DNA of 64,000 nt from Burkholderiales bacterium (GTDB lineage Bacteria; Pseudomonadota; Gammaproteobacteria; Burkholderiales; Burkholderiaceae_F): assembly GCA_038216465.1 (NCBI GenBank), contig JBBQQC010000019.1:482-64481 (forward strand), read 5' to 3'. The position numbers were made by a program, and so were the translations under genes. Position 1 is the stretch's first letter; each line of letters opens with the position of its first letter. Below, piece by piece: positions 18,925 through 28,760 of this stretch. The notes beneath the pieces are model-generated. The model was given only the letters and a program-made list of their open reading frames with translations. It was not told where the DNA came from and made no database searches.

Positions 18925-18963
18925 AGCGCCGCGTTCGCTCAACGGACACGGCGCTTTTATTTT
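18925..18963 (+). terminator. rho-independent terminator after the fasciclin gene
   Basis: AGCGCCG (18925-18931) pairs with CGGCGCT (18949-18955) and is followed by TTTTATTTT. Confidence 0.55.
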
Positions 18964-18981
18964 GCCCGCTACCATCGGGCA

Positions 18982-20571
18982 ATGGAAAGACCGCTCGATG
19001 TACTGATCATCGGCGCCGGCCATAACGGTCTCACATGCGCGTGCTATCTGGCGACCGCCGGCTTCAGCGTGCGCGTCGTAGAACGGCGGCACATTGTTGG
19101 TGGCGCTGCGGTCACCGAGGAATTCGCGCCAGGCTTTCGCAATTCGACTGCGAGCTATACGGTGAGCCTGTTGAATCGCCAGGTGATTCACGATCTGAGG
19201 CTGGTGCAACACGGCCTGCGCATCATAGAACGGCCGTTTTCGAATTTTTTACCACTGGCCGACGGACGCTATCTGAAGTTTGGCGGCACGTCCGATACCC
19301 AGGATGAAGTCGCGAAATTCTCACAACGCGACGCTGAAAGACTGGCGTCGTTCTATGCGCGCCTCGATCGTGTTGCGGATCAGCTGCGCCGCTGGGTACT
19401 GCAGTCGCCGCCCAATCTGGGTGGCCCACTGGTCGTCGAGGGATGGCGCGATCTGGTAGCCGCGGCCAAGCTGCTATTACAGATGGGCCGCTTGCCGATG
19501 GAGGGACAGCGGGATCTGGTCGATGTCTTTACCAAGAGCGCAGGCGATTGGCTCGATGCATGGTTCGAGTCCGAGCCGCTGAAGGCTGTGCTCGGCTGGG
19601 ATTCGATCGTAGGCAATTACGCGAGTCCGTATGCACCGGGCTCGGCGTACGTGCTGTTGCATCACTGCTTCGGCGAAGTCAACGGCAAGCGCGGTACGTG
19701 GGGCCACGCGATCGGCGGGATGGGCTCCATTACGCAGGCGATGGCAACCGAAGCGCGCGCACTCGGTGTGCGGGTCGACGTCGATTCCTCGGTCGCGCGT
19801 GTGCTCGTCGAGAACGGCCGCGCGTATGGTGCTGAGCTGGCGTCGGGTGAACACGTGCGCGCGCGCGTGGTTGCGGCCAACGTCACGCCGAAGCTGCTGT
19901 ATCAGCAGTTAGTCGATGCGGCGACGCTACCGTCGGAATTTATCGAGGCGATCGCGCGCACCAGATACGGATCTGGAACGTTTCGCATCAATGTCGCGCT
20001 GTCTGATCTGCCCGACTTTTCTGCCTTGCCGGGAACCGCGTCACAGCCGCATCATGCGAGCGGCATCCTGTTTGCCCCGTCGCTTGCGTACATGGACCGT
20101 GCATGGCGCGATGCAGTGGCGCATGGATACTCGCCCGAACCGGTGGTCGAGATGCTCGTTCCCAGCGCGGTCGATGATTCGCTGGCGCCGCCGGGGAAAC
20201 ACGTCGCCAGCTTGTTTTGTCAGCACTTCGCGCCAACCGCCGACTGGACTGAGCTGAAAGAAAAGGCGGTGCAGGCTATCTTCGACGTCGTGCAGCGTTA
20301 CTGCCCGAACTTTCGATCATCGCTGCTCGGTTACCGCGCGTGGTCGCCGGCGGATCTCGAAAGTCAATTCGGACTGACCGGAGGCGACATTTTTCACGGC
20401 CAGCTGTCGCTCGATCAACTGTTCTCGCTGCGGCCCGTGCTCGGCTACGCGCGCTATCGCGGGCCGATCGCCGGCCTTTATCACTGCGGCGCCGGCGCGC
20501 ACCCAGGGGGCGGGGTCACCGGAGCTCCCGGACACAACGCGGCACGAGAAATCATCCGCGATCTAGCGTAG
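18982..20571 (+). CDS. NAD(P)/FAD-dependent oxidoreductase, phytoene-desaturase-like (COG1233 type)
   Basis: DVLIIGAGHNGLTCACYLATAGFSVRVVERRHIVGGAA dinucleotide-binding fold. C-terminal GLYHCGAGAHPGGGVTGAPG is typical of this family. Confidence 0.8.
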   Translation: MERPLDVLIIGAGHNGLTCACYLATAGFSVRVVERRHIVGGAAVTEEFAPGFRNSTASYTVSLLNRQVIHDLRLVQHGLRIIERPFSNFLPLADGRYLKFGGTSDTQDEVAKFSQRDAERLASFYARLDRVADQLRRWVLQSPPNLGGPLVVEGWRDLVAAAKLLLQMGRLPMEGQRDLVDVFTKSAGDWLDAWFESEPLKAVLGWDSIVGNYASPYAPGSAYVLLHHCFGEVNGKRGTWGHAIGGMGSITQAMATEARALGVRVDVDSSVARVLVENGRAYGAELASGEHVRARVVAANVTPKLLYQQLVDAATLPSEFIEAIARTRYGSGTFRINVALSDLPDFSALPGTASQPHHASGILFAPSLAYMDRAWRDAVAHGYSPEPVVEMLVPSAVDDSLAPPGKHVASLFCQHFAPTADWTELKEKAVQAIFDVVQRYCPNFRSSLLGYRAWSPADLESQFGLTGGDIFHGQLSLDQLFSLRPVLGYARYRGPIAGLYHCGAGAHPGGGVTGAPGHNAAREIIRDLA

Positions 20572-20657
20572 CAACTTCCTTTGTATGCGAGATGCGAGTG
20601 ACGTCGAACGGTTTGCATCGATTCGTATAATTACCGGCTGTACCCTTCGGATCAGTG

Positions 20658-21407
20658 ATGAAAATCCTTGTTCCCGTCAAACGAGTCGTCGACTACAACG
20701 TCAAGGTACGTGTGAAGTCGGACAAGAGCGGAGTCGATGTAGCCAACGTCAAGATGTCGATGAATCCGTTCGATGAGATTGCCATCGAAGAAGCCGTGCG
20801 GCTGAAGGAGGCGGGCGTCGCCACCGAAGTGATCGCGGTGTCGTGCGGCGTGCTGCAGTGTCAGGAGACTCTGCGCACCGCGATGGCTATCGGCGCCGAT
20901 CGCGGCATCCTGGTGGAGACCAACGTCGAATTGCAGCCGCTGGCAGTCGCGAAGCTGCTGAAGGCAATTGTTGACAAGGAGCAGCCGCAGCTGGTGATCG
21001 CCGGCAAGCAGGCGATCGACGACGACGCCAATCAAACGGGTCAGATGCTGGCTGCGCTGGCCGACATGCCGCAAGCGACATTTGCCTCGAAGATCAAGAT
21101 TGTCGATGGGCGGGCGCAGGTCACGCGCGAAGTCGACGGCGGGCTGGAAACCATCTCCGTCGCGTTGCCAGCGGTCATCACGACCGATCTGCGGCTGAAC
21201 GAACCGCGTTACGTCACATTGCCCAACATCATGAAGGCGAAGAAAAAGCCGCTGGATATTTTGAAGCCCGAGGATCTGGGAGTCGACGTGACGCCCAGAT
21301 TGAAGACGCTGCAGGTCACCGAGCCGTCAGGTCGCAAGGCGGGCATCAAGGTGCCCGATGCGGCAACGTTAGTTGCAAAGCTGAAGAACGAAGCGAAGGT
21401 GATTTGA
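20658..21407 (+). CDS. etfB: electron transfer flavoprotein subunit beta
   Basis: [22 protein letters not shown]...[19 protein letters not shown]...[21 protein letters not shown]. Confidence 0.9.
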   Translation: MKILVPVKRVVDYNVKVRVKSDKSGVDVANVKMSMNPFDEIAIEEAVRLKEAGVATEVIAVSCGVLQCQETLRTAMAIGADRGILVETNVELQPLAVAKLLKAIVDKEQPQLVIAGKQAIDDDANQTGQMLAALADMPQATFASKIKIVDGRAQVTREVDGGLETISVALPAVITTDLRLNEPRYVTLPNIMKAKKKPLDILKPEDLGVDVTPRLKTLQVTEPSGRKAGIKVPDAATLVAKLKNEAKVI

Positions 21408-22336
21408 TGCCTGCACTTGTACTTGCCGAGCATGACGGGAAATCGGTTCGCCCCGCAACGTTGAATACGGTCACCGCAGCCGCCAAGGCAGGTGGCGATG
21501 TACACATCGTGGTGGTTGGTCATAACGTCGCCGATTCCGCCAGCGCCGCTGCCAGAATCGATGGCGTGTCCAAGGTTTTTCTCGTCGATGCGCCGCAATT
21601 TGCGAATGATCTCGCGGAGCCCGTGGCGGCCCAAGTGGTTTCGCTTGCGCGCGGCTATAGCCACGTGTTCGCCGCCGCCACCGCCTACGGCAAGAACATC
21701 ATGCCAAGGGTGGCGGCCAAACTCGACGCTGCGCAGATCTCCGACATCAGCAGCGTCGAATCGCCTGATACGTTCACGCGGCCGATTTACGCCGGCAATG
21801 CGATCGCGACCGTGCAGTCGAGCGATCCGATCAAAGTCGTCACCGCGCGACCGACCGCCTTCGAGCCGGCGCGCAGCGAAGGCGGCAGCGCGACGGTCGA
21901 GACGGTCGCCGCGGTGCCAGCCGGCGATATGTCGCGCTTCGTGTCACGCGACGTCGTCAAACTCGACCGGCCGGAGTTGCAGGGCGCGAAGATCGTCGTC
22001 TCGGGCGGCCGCGGCATCGGCTCCGCCGAAAACTTCAAGCTGCTCGAACCGCTGGCGGACAAACTAAATGCCGCGATCGGCGCTTCGCGTGCCGCGGTCG
22101 ATGCCGGCTATGCACCGAATGACTGGCAGGTCGGGCAGACGGGCAAGGTGGTGGCACCGCAGCTGTACATCGCCGTCGGCATCTCGGGCGCGATCCAGCA
22201 TCTGGCCGGCATGAAAGACTCCAAAGTCATCGTCGCGATTAACAAGGATCCCGAGGCGCCGATCTTTCAGATCGCCGATTACGGACTGGTCGGCGATCTG
22301 TTCGAGATTGTTCCGCAGATCGTCAGCGCGCTATGA
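21407..22336 (+). CDS. etfA: electron transfer flavoprotein subunit alpha
   Basis: [20 protein letters not shown]...[14 protein letters not shown]...[37 protein letters not shown]. The start overlaps the etfB stop (TGATG). Confidence 0.9.
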   Translation: MPALVLAEHDGKSVRPATLNTVTAAAKAGGDVHIVVVGHNVADSASAAARIDGVSKVFLVDAPQFANDLAEPVAAQVVSLARGYSHVFAAATAYGKNIMPRVAAKLDAAQISDISSVESPDTFTRPIYAGNAIATVQSSDPIKVVTARPTAFEPARSEGGSATVETVAAVPAGDMSRFVSRDVVKLDRPELQGAKIVVSGGRGIGSAENFKLLEPLADKLNAAIGASRAAVDAGYAPNDWQVGQTGKVVAPQLYIAVGISGAIQHLAGMKDSKVIVAINKDPEAPIFQIADYGLVGDLFEIVPQIVSAL

Positions 22337-24132
22337 GTTACGTCGCGCCGGTGAAGGACATGCTGTTCGTGTTGCACGAACTGGCGGGCTTGAAAGAGAT
22401 TCGTCAGCTGCCGGGTTGCGAAGACGCCACCGAAGAGACCGTGCAGGCTGTGATCGAGGAAAACGCGCGCTTCATGAGCGAAGTGGTGGCGCCGCTGAAT
22501 TGGAACGGCGACGCGCAACCGGCGAAGTGGGATAACGGCAAGGTGACGACAACCCCCGGATTCAAGGCGGCGTTTCGGTCGTTTGTCGAGGCTGGCTGGC
22601 AGGGCGTACAACATCCGACGCAATACGGCGGGCAAGATTTGCCGAAGGTCGTCGCGGCGCCGTGCATGGAAATGATGCAAGCGGCGAATCTTTCGTTCGC
22701 ACTGTGCCCGCTGCTGACCGACGGCGCGATCGAGGCGCTGCTCGTGGCCGGGTCGCAGGAGCAGAAGGACGCATATCTCGGCCGGCTGATCGACGGCACG
22801 TGGACCGGCACGATGAACCTCACCGAGCCGCAGGCGGGTTCAGATCTGGCGCAGGTGCGAACCAAGGCGGTGCCGCAGGGCGACGGCACGTATCGACTGT
22901 TCGGGCAGAAGATCTACATCACCTATGGCGAGCACGACCTGGCCGACAACATCGTGCATTTGGTTCTCGCGCGCACGCCCGATGCACCCGCCGGCGTCAA
23001 GGGTATCTCGCTGTTCATCGTCCCGAAGTTCTTGTTCGATACTGGTGGCAAGCTCGGCAAGCGCAACGATGTCTACTGCGCGTCGATCGAGCACAAACTT
23101 GGCATCAAGGCGAGCCCGACATGCGTGCTGATCTTCGGCGACGACAAGGGCGAAGCCGGTGCCGGCGCCATCGGCAGGCTGATTGGCGAAGAAAATCGCG
23201 GCCTCGAATACATGTTCATCATGATGAATGCGGCCAGATTTCAAGTCGGCATGCAGGGTATCGCCATATCGGACCGCGCTTACCAAAAGGCGGTCGAGCA
23301 TGCGAAGGAGCGGGTGCAGAGCCGCGCGGTCGAGGGCTCGAGCGGGCCCGTGTCGATCATTCACCATCCGGACGTGCGGCGCATGCTGATGTTCATGCGT
23401 TCGAACACCGAGGCCGCGCGTGCGGTCGCGTACGTGGCGGCGGGTTACAACGACGTTGCGCATCATCATCCCGACTCCGGGCGGCGTGCCGCCGCCATGT
23501 CTGCCTACGAATATCTGGTCCCGATCGTCAAAGGCTGGTCGACCGAGATGTCGATCGATGTCACATCGACCGGCGTGCAGGTGCACGGCGGCATGGGGTT
23601 TATCGAGGAAACCGGCGCCGCGCAGTACTACCGCGACGCGCGCATCCTGACCATCTACGAAGGCACGACTGCGATTCAGGCGAATGATTTGGTCGGCCGC
23701 AAGACGGCACGCGACGGCGGCAAGATGGCGCATGAGTTTATCGCGCAGATGCGCGCGACCGCGGCCGAGGCCGCCCAGGGAGGCGACGACCTGCAAGCGA
23801 TCGGCAACCGGCTCGCGGTGGCGATCGATTCGTACGCCGCGGTCGTGGACTACGTCGTCACCGCGTACAAGAGCGATATTCGCGGCGCGTTCGCGGGCTC
23901 GGTGCCCTATGTCAAGCTCGCGGGGATCGCACACGGCGGCTGGCAAATGACGCGCGCCGCCTTGGCGGCCACGCGCAACGTCAGCGCGGGAAACGATGTC
24001 GAGTTCTGCCGGGCCAAGGTGGCTACCGCGCGTTTCTTTGCCGATCACATGCTGGTCACCGTACCGTCGATTGCCGAGAGCATTGTCGGCGGCAGTGTTG
24101 GCACGCTGGCCATGGCCGAAGCCCAGTTTTAA
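22333..24132 (+). CDS. long-form acyl-CoA dehydrogenase (FadE-like, ~600 aa, with C-terminal extension domain)
   Basis: TEPQAGSDLAQVRTKA, KIYITYGEHDL, GISLFIVPKF and QVHGGMGFIEETGAAQYYRDARILTIYEGTTAIQANDLVGRK. The ATG overlaps the etfA stop (ATGA). Confidence 0.9.
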   Translation: MSYVAPVKDMLFVLHELAGLKEIRQLPGCEDATEETVQAVIEENARFMSEVVAPLNWNGDAQPAKWDNGKVTTTPGFKAAFRSFVEAGWQGVQHPTQYGGQDLPKVVAAPCMEMMQAANLSFALCPLLTDGAIEALLVAGSQEQKDAYLGRLIDGTWTGTMNLTEPQAGSDLAQVRTKAVPQGDGTYRLFGQKIYITYGEHDLADNIVHLVLARTPDAPAGVKGISLFIVPKFLFDTGGKLGKRNDVYCASIEHKLGIKASPTCVLIFGDDKGEAGAGAIGRLIGEENRGLEYMFIMMNAARFQVGMQGIAISDRAYQKAVEHAKERVQSRAVEGSSGPVSIIHHPDVRRMLMFMRSNTEAARAVAYVAAGYNDVAHHHPDSGRRAAAMSAYEYLVPIVKGWSTEMSIDVTSTGVQVHGGMGFIEETGAAQYYRDARILTIYEGTTAIQANDLVGRKTARDGGKMAHEFIAQMRATAAEAAQGGDDLQAIGNRLAVAIDSYAAVVDYVVTAYKSDIRGAFAGSVPYVKLAGIAHGGWQMTRAALAATRNVSAGNDVEFCRAKVATARFFADHMLVTVPSIAESIVGGSVGTLAMAEAQF

Positions 24133-24282
24133 AAGCCGCACGGCACGCCGCCATAGGCGGTACCTATCGGCCTCGTAATTATAATTGACTGGTTCAACCG
24201 ACACGCGGCCGCGTAGATTGGCTCGCAGCCGGTGCGACGATTGATCGTCGCTTGCCGCGGTGTCAGGCAACGAGGAGATTGT

Positions 24283-24702
24283 ATGCAGCTCAAAGGATCA
24301 AAAACCGAGAAAAATCTGTGCGACGCATTTGCAGGTGAATCGCAAGCGAACCGCCGCTATTTGTATTTCGCGGCGAAGGCCGACGTCGAGGGTTACAACG
24401 ACGTGGCCGCGGTGTTTCGCTCAACCGCGGAAGGCGAGACCGGACACGCGCATGGGCATCTGGAGTATCTGGAAGCGGTCGGTGACCCCGCCACCGGATT
24501 GCCGATCGGTCCGACGCGGTCCAATTTGAAGGCCGCCATTGCGGGCGAGACGCACGAGTACACCGATATGTACCCTGGGATGTCGAAGTCTGCGCGCGAC
24601 GAAGGCTTTGACGAAATCGCCGATTGGTTTGAAACGCTCGCCAAGGCCGAACGGTCGCACGCGAACAAGTTTCAAAAGACCCTCGACGCTATCGTCGATT
24701 GA
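24283..24702 (+). CDS. rubrerythrin (ferritin-like diiron domain only, no rubredoxin tail)
   Basis: MQLKGSKTEKNLCDAFAGESQANRRYLYFA...EGETGHAHGHLEY...AIAGETHEYTDMYP...KAERSHANKF: the ExxH diiron ligand pairs are present. GAGGAG RBS lies upstream of the ATG at 24283. Confidence 0.85.
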   Translation: MQLKGSKTEKNLCDAFAGESQANRRYLYFAAKADVEGYNDVAAVFRSTAEGETGHAHGHLEYLEAVGDPATGLPIGPTRSNLKAAIAGETHEYTDMYPGMSKSARDEGFDEIADWFETLAKAERSHANKFQKTLDAIVD

Positions 24703-24759
24703 CGGGGTTTCAACCAATGCTTGTGTTGCCGGACCCGTCGGGGCCGGCGGTCTAATTTC

Positions 24760-26109
24760 GTGACCAAAGAGGGCAGCCTCCAGGCGCCCACGCGGCATCC
24801 GCTCGCGTGGAAAACTCCAGAGTTCAACGACCCACAGGCGCTCGACGCCGAACTGGCGCGTGTCTTTAACATCTGTCACGGCTGCCGCCGCTGCGTCAGC
24901 CTGTGCAACGCGTTTCCGACGCTGTTCGACCTGGTCGACAACGGCACCACGGGCGAGGTCGACGGGGTGCCGAAGGAGAAATACAAGGAGGTCGTCGACC
25001 AGTGCTACTTGTGCGACATGTGTTACATGAGCAAGTGCCCCTACGTGCCGCCGCACCCGTGGAACGTCGACTTTCCGCATCTGATGCTGCGCGCCAAAGC
25101 CGTCGATTTCAAGAACAACGGTGCCTCAAGCGCCGACAAGTTTCTGACGTCAACCGACAAGGTCGGCGTGTTTGCCGGCATTCCGATTGTCACGCAGGCG
25201 GTCAACGCGATCAATCAAAGTGCTCCTGCGCGCGCGGTGATGGAAAAGCTGATGGGAGTCGACCGCAACGCTTGGCGGCCGGATTTCGCGCCGCAGAAGT
25301 TTCGGTCTTCGGCGCGGTCAAATCTTGATGCGCCGGTGCGCGACGGCTTGAAGACACCGGGCAAGGTTGCAATTTATTCGACGTGCTATGTCAACTACAA
25401 CGAGCCGGGTATTGGGCACGACCTGATCGCGATTCTCGACCACAACGAGATTCCCTACGTTCTGGTTGGAGCCGAAGCGTGCTGCGGCATGCCCAAGCTC
25501 GAGATCGGTGACCTGCCGTCGGTCGAAAGCCTGAAAAACACCAATGCCCCGTTGTTGGCCACGTTCGCACGCGCAGACTATGCGATTATCACGCCGGTGC
25601 CTTCGTGCACGCTGATGTACAAGCAGGAATTGCCGTTGATGTTTCCTGAAGACGGCGACGTTGCGCTAGTCCAAGAGGCGATGTGGGATCCGTTCGAGTA
25701 TCTGGTCGCACGGCGACGCGACGGTCTGCTGAAGGACGACTTCAAGCAGCCGCTTGGCACCGTGTCCTATCACGTACCGTGTCACAGCCGTGTGCAGAAC
25801 GTCGGGCGCAAGACCGAAGAGATGTTGAAGTCGCTACCGGACATCACCGTCAATACGGTTGAGCGTTGTTCGGGCCATTCGGGCGTGTGGGGAACGCGCA
25901 AGCAGTTCCACGCGACGGCCATGAAGATCGGTAAGCCGGTTTTTAAAAGGATTGCAGACGTTCAGCCCGACTACATCAGTTCCGACTGTCAGCTTGCGGG
26001 CCATCACATTGCGCAGGGGGTGGAGCAGTTTGCGAACGATGCGCTGGACGGGAAGGTCCCGGTCGTCGCTCACCCGATTACGCTGATTAGAATTGCTTAC
26101 GGGTTGTGA
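24760..26109 (+). CDS. (Fe-S)-binding protein, HdrD/GlpC-like (two 4Fe-4S ferredoxin motifs plus CCG cysteine-rich domains)
   Basis: CHGCRRCVSLCNAFP and CYLCDMCYMSKCPYVPP, followed by YSTCYVNY...CCGMP and PCH...C..HSG CCG-type repeats. Start uncertain: GTG at 24760 was chosen and the tracked ORF begins at 24721. Confidence 0.8.
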   Translation: MTKEGSLQAPTRHPLAWKTPEFNDPQALDAELARVFNICHGCRRCVSLCNAFPTLFDLVDNGTTGEVDGVPKEKYKEVVDQCYLCDMCYMSKCPYVPPHPWNVDFPHLMLRAKAVDFKNNGASSADKFLTSTDKVGVFAGIPIVTQAVNAINQSAPARAVMEKLMGVDRNAWRPDFAPQKFRSSARSNLDAPVRDGLKTPGKVAIYSTCYVNYNEPGIGHDLIAILDHNEIPYVLVGAEACCGMPKLEIGDLPSVESLKNTNAPLLATFARADYAIITPVPSCTLMYKQELPLMFPEDGDVALVQEAMWDPFEYLVARRRDGLLKDDFKQPLGTVSYHVPCHSRVQNVGRKTEEMLKSLPDITVNTVERCSGHSGVWGTRKQFHATAMKIGKPVFKRIADVQPDYISSDCQLAGHHIAQGVEQFANDALDGKVPVVAHPITLIRIAYGL

Positions 26110-26717
26110 GGACAGCGATGCCCCGCTCAATTTCCCCAGATAGCCTGTTGACGCTCGAAGCGTATGCGCGCGAGCGCCGAAACTTTCGCGCCAAAGTGAT
26201 TGCGCACAAGAAGCATCGTACGGTGCGGCTCGGTGATTACATCACTCTGATTTTCGAGAACGAACTGACGATCCGCTATCAGATTCAGGAGATGCTGCGC
26301 ATCGAAAAGACCTTCGAGACGCGCGGGATCCAGGATGAACTGGATGCCTACATTCCACTGCTCCCCGATGGCACAAATCTGAAGTCAACCATGATGATCG
26401 AGTTCGAAGACCCGGTGCTTCGCAAGCGCGAGCTGGCACGGTTGAAAGGCGTCGAGAAACGCGTGTATGTCGAGGTTGACGGTCACGAGCGCGTGTACGC
26501 AATTGCCGACGAAGATCTGCCGCGCGAGAACGAAGAAAAGACATCGTCGGTGCATTTTCTCCGTTTCGAGTTGGCGCCGGCGATGATTGTTTCGTTCTGC
26601 AACGGTGACGCAGTGGCTGTTGGCGTCGACCATCCGAACTGCGTAGTGCGGCTCGACGAAATCGCGCCTGAAGTGCAGGCGTCACTCGCACAAGACTTCA
26701 GCGCCCAGCAGCCCTAA
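26106..26717 (+). CDS. DUF3501 family protein
   Basis: SLLTLEAYARERRNFRAKVIAHKKHRTVRLGDYITLIFENELTIRYQIQEMLRIEK... matches my recollection of DUF3501, which typically follows rubrerythrin/Fe-S genes. The GTG start overlaps the upstream stop, and ATG at 26118 is an alternative. Confidence 0.75.
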   Translation: MRTAMPRSISPDSLLTLEAYARERRNFRAKVIAHKKHRTVRLGDYITLIFENELTIRYQIQEMLRIEKTFETRGIQDELDAYIPLLPDGTNLKSTMMIEFEDPVLRKRELARLKGVEKRVYVEVDGHERVYAIADEDLPRENEEKTSSVHFLRFELAPAMIVSFCNGDAVAVGVDHPNCVVRLDEIAPEVQASLAQDFSAQQP

Positions 26718-26741
26718 GCGCCGGACCCGGCGATTCTTGGA

Positions 26742-26761
26742 TACTGTATAAATACACAGTA
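26742..26761. promoter_or_regulatory. LexA (SOS) box
   Basis: TACTGTATAAATACACAGTA is a perfect CTGT-N8-ACAG palindrome of the beta/gamma-proteobacterial LexA operator. It ends 14 nt upstream of the radical SAM gene's ATG and just before its GGAGGG RBS. Confidence 0.7.
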
Positions 26762-26774
26762 TTGGAGGGAGCCT

Positions 26775-27911
26775 ATGGGCGCGAAACGGCAGGACTTGAA
26801 TGCGGCAGCTATCGTTGTCCCGGTCACGCTGTTGCGCAAGGGACGTGGCGCGGTCTCGAATATTGCGCATCGTTTTGAGTCGGTTGTGCGCGAGCGCGAC
26901 GGCGATGCGGTTGAAGCTGAGCGGGTGGTCGCCGCAGACGGTGACGACGAGGTGTTGCCTGCCCTCGCGACGAGCACGGCTTTCGAAACCGCAAAAAGCC
27001 TGATCACCTATAACGACTCGCCCGATATTGGCTTCGATCGATCAATCAACCCCTATCGCGGATGCGAGCACGGCTGCATCTACTGTTTCGCGCGACCTAC
27101 CCACAGCTTTCTGAACCTGTCGCCGGGTCTGGATTTCGAGACCAAGTTGGTGGCCAAGCGCAATGCGGTTGAATTGCTGCTGCGAGAGCTCGCTGCGCCC
27201 ACGTACCGGCCTGAAGTCTTGGCCCTTGGAGTCATTACAGACGCCTATCAGCCTATCGAGCGCGAGCTCGGTCTGACGCGAGGCGTCGTCGAAATTTTGA
27301 CGCGGACGCGCCATCCGTTCGGTCTGATCACGAAGTCGTCGCTGATCGAGCGCGATATCGATTTGCTGGCTCCGGCAGCCGCGGATGGTGTCGTTGCCGC
27401 AACCATCAGCCTCACGACGCTCGATCATTCGCTGTCGCGCATCCTCGAGCCGCGTGCTGCCAGCCCTGCGCGCCGACTGCGAACCGTCAGAACTTTGTCG
27501 GCGGCGGGCATTCCGGTTACCGTCAACGTTGCGCCGATCATCCCGTTCATCAACGAACCGGAGATCGAGCATGTGCTGGAAGCCGCGGCGGACGCAGGCG
27601 CCTGGCAGGCGCACTACACGGTGCTGCGGCTGCCGTGGGAAGTCGCGCCGCTATTCATGCAGTGGCTCGAGGCGCATTTCCCGGATCGCAAGGAACGCGT
27701 GATGAACCGAGTGCGTGAAATGCGCGGCGGCAAGAATTACGAGTCGCAGTTTGGCAAGCGAATGACAGGCGAAGGTACTTGGGCTTCGCTGATTCGGCAG
27801 CGCTTTCATAAAGCCGTCACCAGATTGCATCTCGACCGTGAAGTGCCGCCGTTTCGTAACGATCTGTTCGTTGCACCGCGGTCGGCAACGCCGCAACTTG
27901 ATCTGTTCTAG
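26775..27911 (+). CDS. radical SAM protein (PA0069 family)
   Basis: INPYRGCEHGCIYCFARP contains the CxxxCxxC radical SAM cluster motif. The overall layout fits the PA0069-like family. Preceded by an SOS box. Confidence 0.85.
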   Translation: MGAKRQDLNAAAIVVPVTLLRKGRGAVSNIAHRFESVVRERDGDAVEAERVVAADGDDEVLPALATSTAFETAKSLITYNDSPDIGFDRSINPYRGCEHGCIYCFARPTHSFLNLSPGLDFETKLVAKRNAVELLLRELAAPTYRPEVLALGVITDAYQPIERELGLTRGVVEILTRTRHPFGLITKSSLIERDIDLLAPAAADGVVAATISLTTLDHSLSRILEPRAASPARRLRTVRTLSAAGIPVTVNVAPIIPFINEPEIEHVLEAAADAGAWQAHYTVLRLPWEVAPLFMQWLEAHFPDRKERVMNRVREMRGGKNYESQFGKRMTGEGTWASLIRQRFHKAVTRLHLDREVPPFRNDLFVAPRSATPQLDLF

Positions 27912-28318
27912 GAACCGGGTTTCAGTGCGTACTCGAAGTACGTTTGGGTCAGCAGCGCGATTGTTGTGACCAGGATGATGGCGCCGACGAACAGTGTTGC
28001 AACTGCCACCAGTACCGCGTTCCAGCCGCTATGGTTTCGCTGCGTGTGCGTTGCGTTGAATTGGGCGTCGAATCGATCGTCAGTCATCAGCGCTAGCACC
28101 AGCGCGTGAATGAATCCGGCGATAACCGGCACCATGGCGGCGAAAAACGGAAGTGTCTGATACCAGTCCTTGACGCCGATCAGAAAGGGGAGCGCGATCA
28201 GCGTGATTCCCATCGGAACCCACCACAGGCGTTGGCCCAGGTACAGCCGCTCCAAACCAAGGGCGCCGGTCAGTGACGCCAGCAGCGCCGAAAAAGCTTT
28301 ATGCCGAAAATGACTCAT
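27908..28318 (-). CDS. small integral membrane protein (TM2-domain-like)
   Basis: MSHFRHKAFSALLASLTGALGLERLYLGQRLWW... resembles a TM2 domain start, followed by three further hydrophobic helices. Its 3' end overlaps the convergent radical SAM gene by 4 nt. Confidence 0.6.
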   Translation of the reverse strand: MSHFRHKAFSALLASLTGALGLERLYLGQRLWWVPMGITLIALPFLIGVKDWYQTLPFFAAMVPVIAGFIHALVLALMTDDRFDAQFNATHTQRNHSGWNAVLVAVATLFVGAIILVTTIALLTQTYFEYALKPGS

Positions 28319-28374
28319 CGATGGACTTCGCATGCATCATAGGGTGCTGAGACACTACCGTGCTGTCGCTCGGC

Positions 28375-28404
28375 TTGCTGACAAGTCCCGTGCCCGGCTA
28401 CAAT
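28375..28404 (+). promoter_or_regulatory. candidate sigma70 promoter of the rpsP operon
   Basis: TTGCTG, 18-nt spacer, TACAAT, about 60 nt upstream of the rpsP ATG. By-eye match only. Confidence 0.3.
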
Positions 28405-28462
28405 CACTGGCTTTGTGCGGCGACCACCGTTGGTTGCGCCGCCAGCAAAACAAGGAATGGAT

Positions 28463-28744
28463 ATGGTCGTCATTCGACTCGCGCGCGGTGGCGCCAAAAA
28501 GCGCCCGTTTTTTAACATCGTTGCAACCGATTCGCGCAACCCGCGTGATGGCCGCTTTATCGAGCGCGTCGGCTTTTACAACCCGGTCGCTGCCGGAGGC
28601 GAGCCCAAATTTCGTATTTCCGCGGACCGATTGACCTACTGGACCGGGGTCGGCGCGAGGATGTCACCGACCGTAGCGCGATTAGTTAAGACCCATCCCG
28701 CGGTTGAAGCTGCACCCGTGCCGGAGCAAGCCGTCACGGCTTAA
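28463..28744 (+). CDS. rpsP: 30S ribosomal protein S16
   Basis: [41 protein letters not shown]. Confidence 0.95.
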   Translation: MVVIRLARGGAKKRPFFNIVATDSRNPRDGRFIERVGFYNPVAAGGEPKFRISADRLTYWTGVGARMSPTVARLVKTHPAVEAAPVPEQAVTA

Positions 28745-28760
28745 TGGCAACGGGGGAGAT

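Noticed and set aside
20600-20635. Perfect TATAAT (20626-20631) upstream of etfB as a promoter
   Set aside because: No acceptable -35 hexamer occurs at 16-18 nt spacing (best is GTCGAA) and there is no extended -10 TG. It is possible but cannot be supported from sequence alone.
24185-24219. TTGACT ... TAGATT as the rubrerythrin promoter
   Set aside because: The spacer is 23 nt, too long for a sigma70 promoter, so the hexamers are probably coincidental.
22840-24270. 476-aa minus-strand ORF
   Set aside because: It is antisense to the acyl-CoA dehydrogenase gene. It has an Arg/His/Asp-rich low-complexity translation and no motifs, so it is a shadow ORF.
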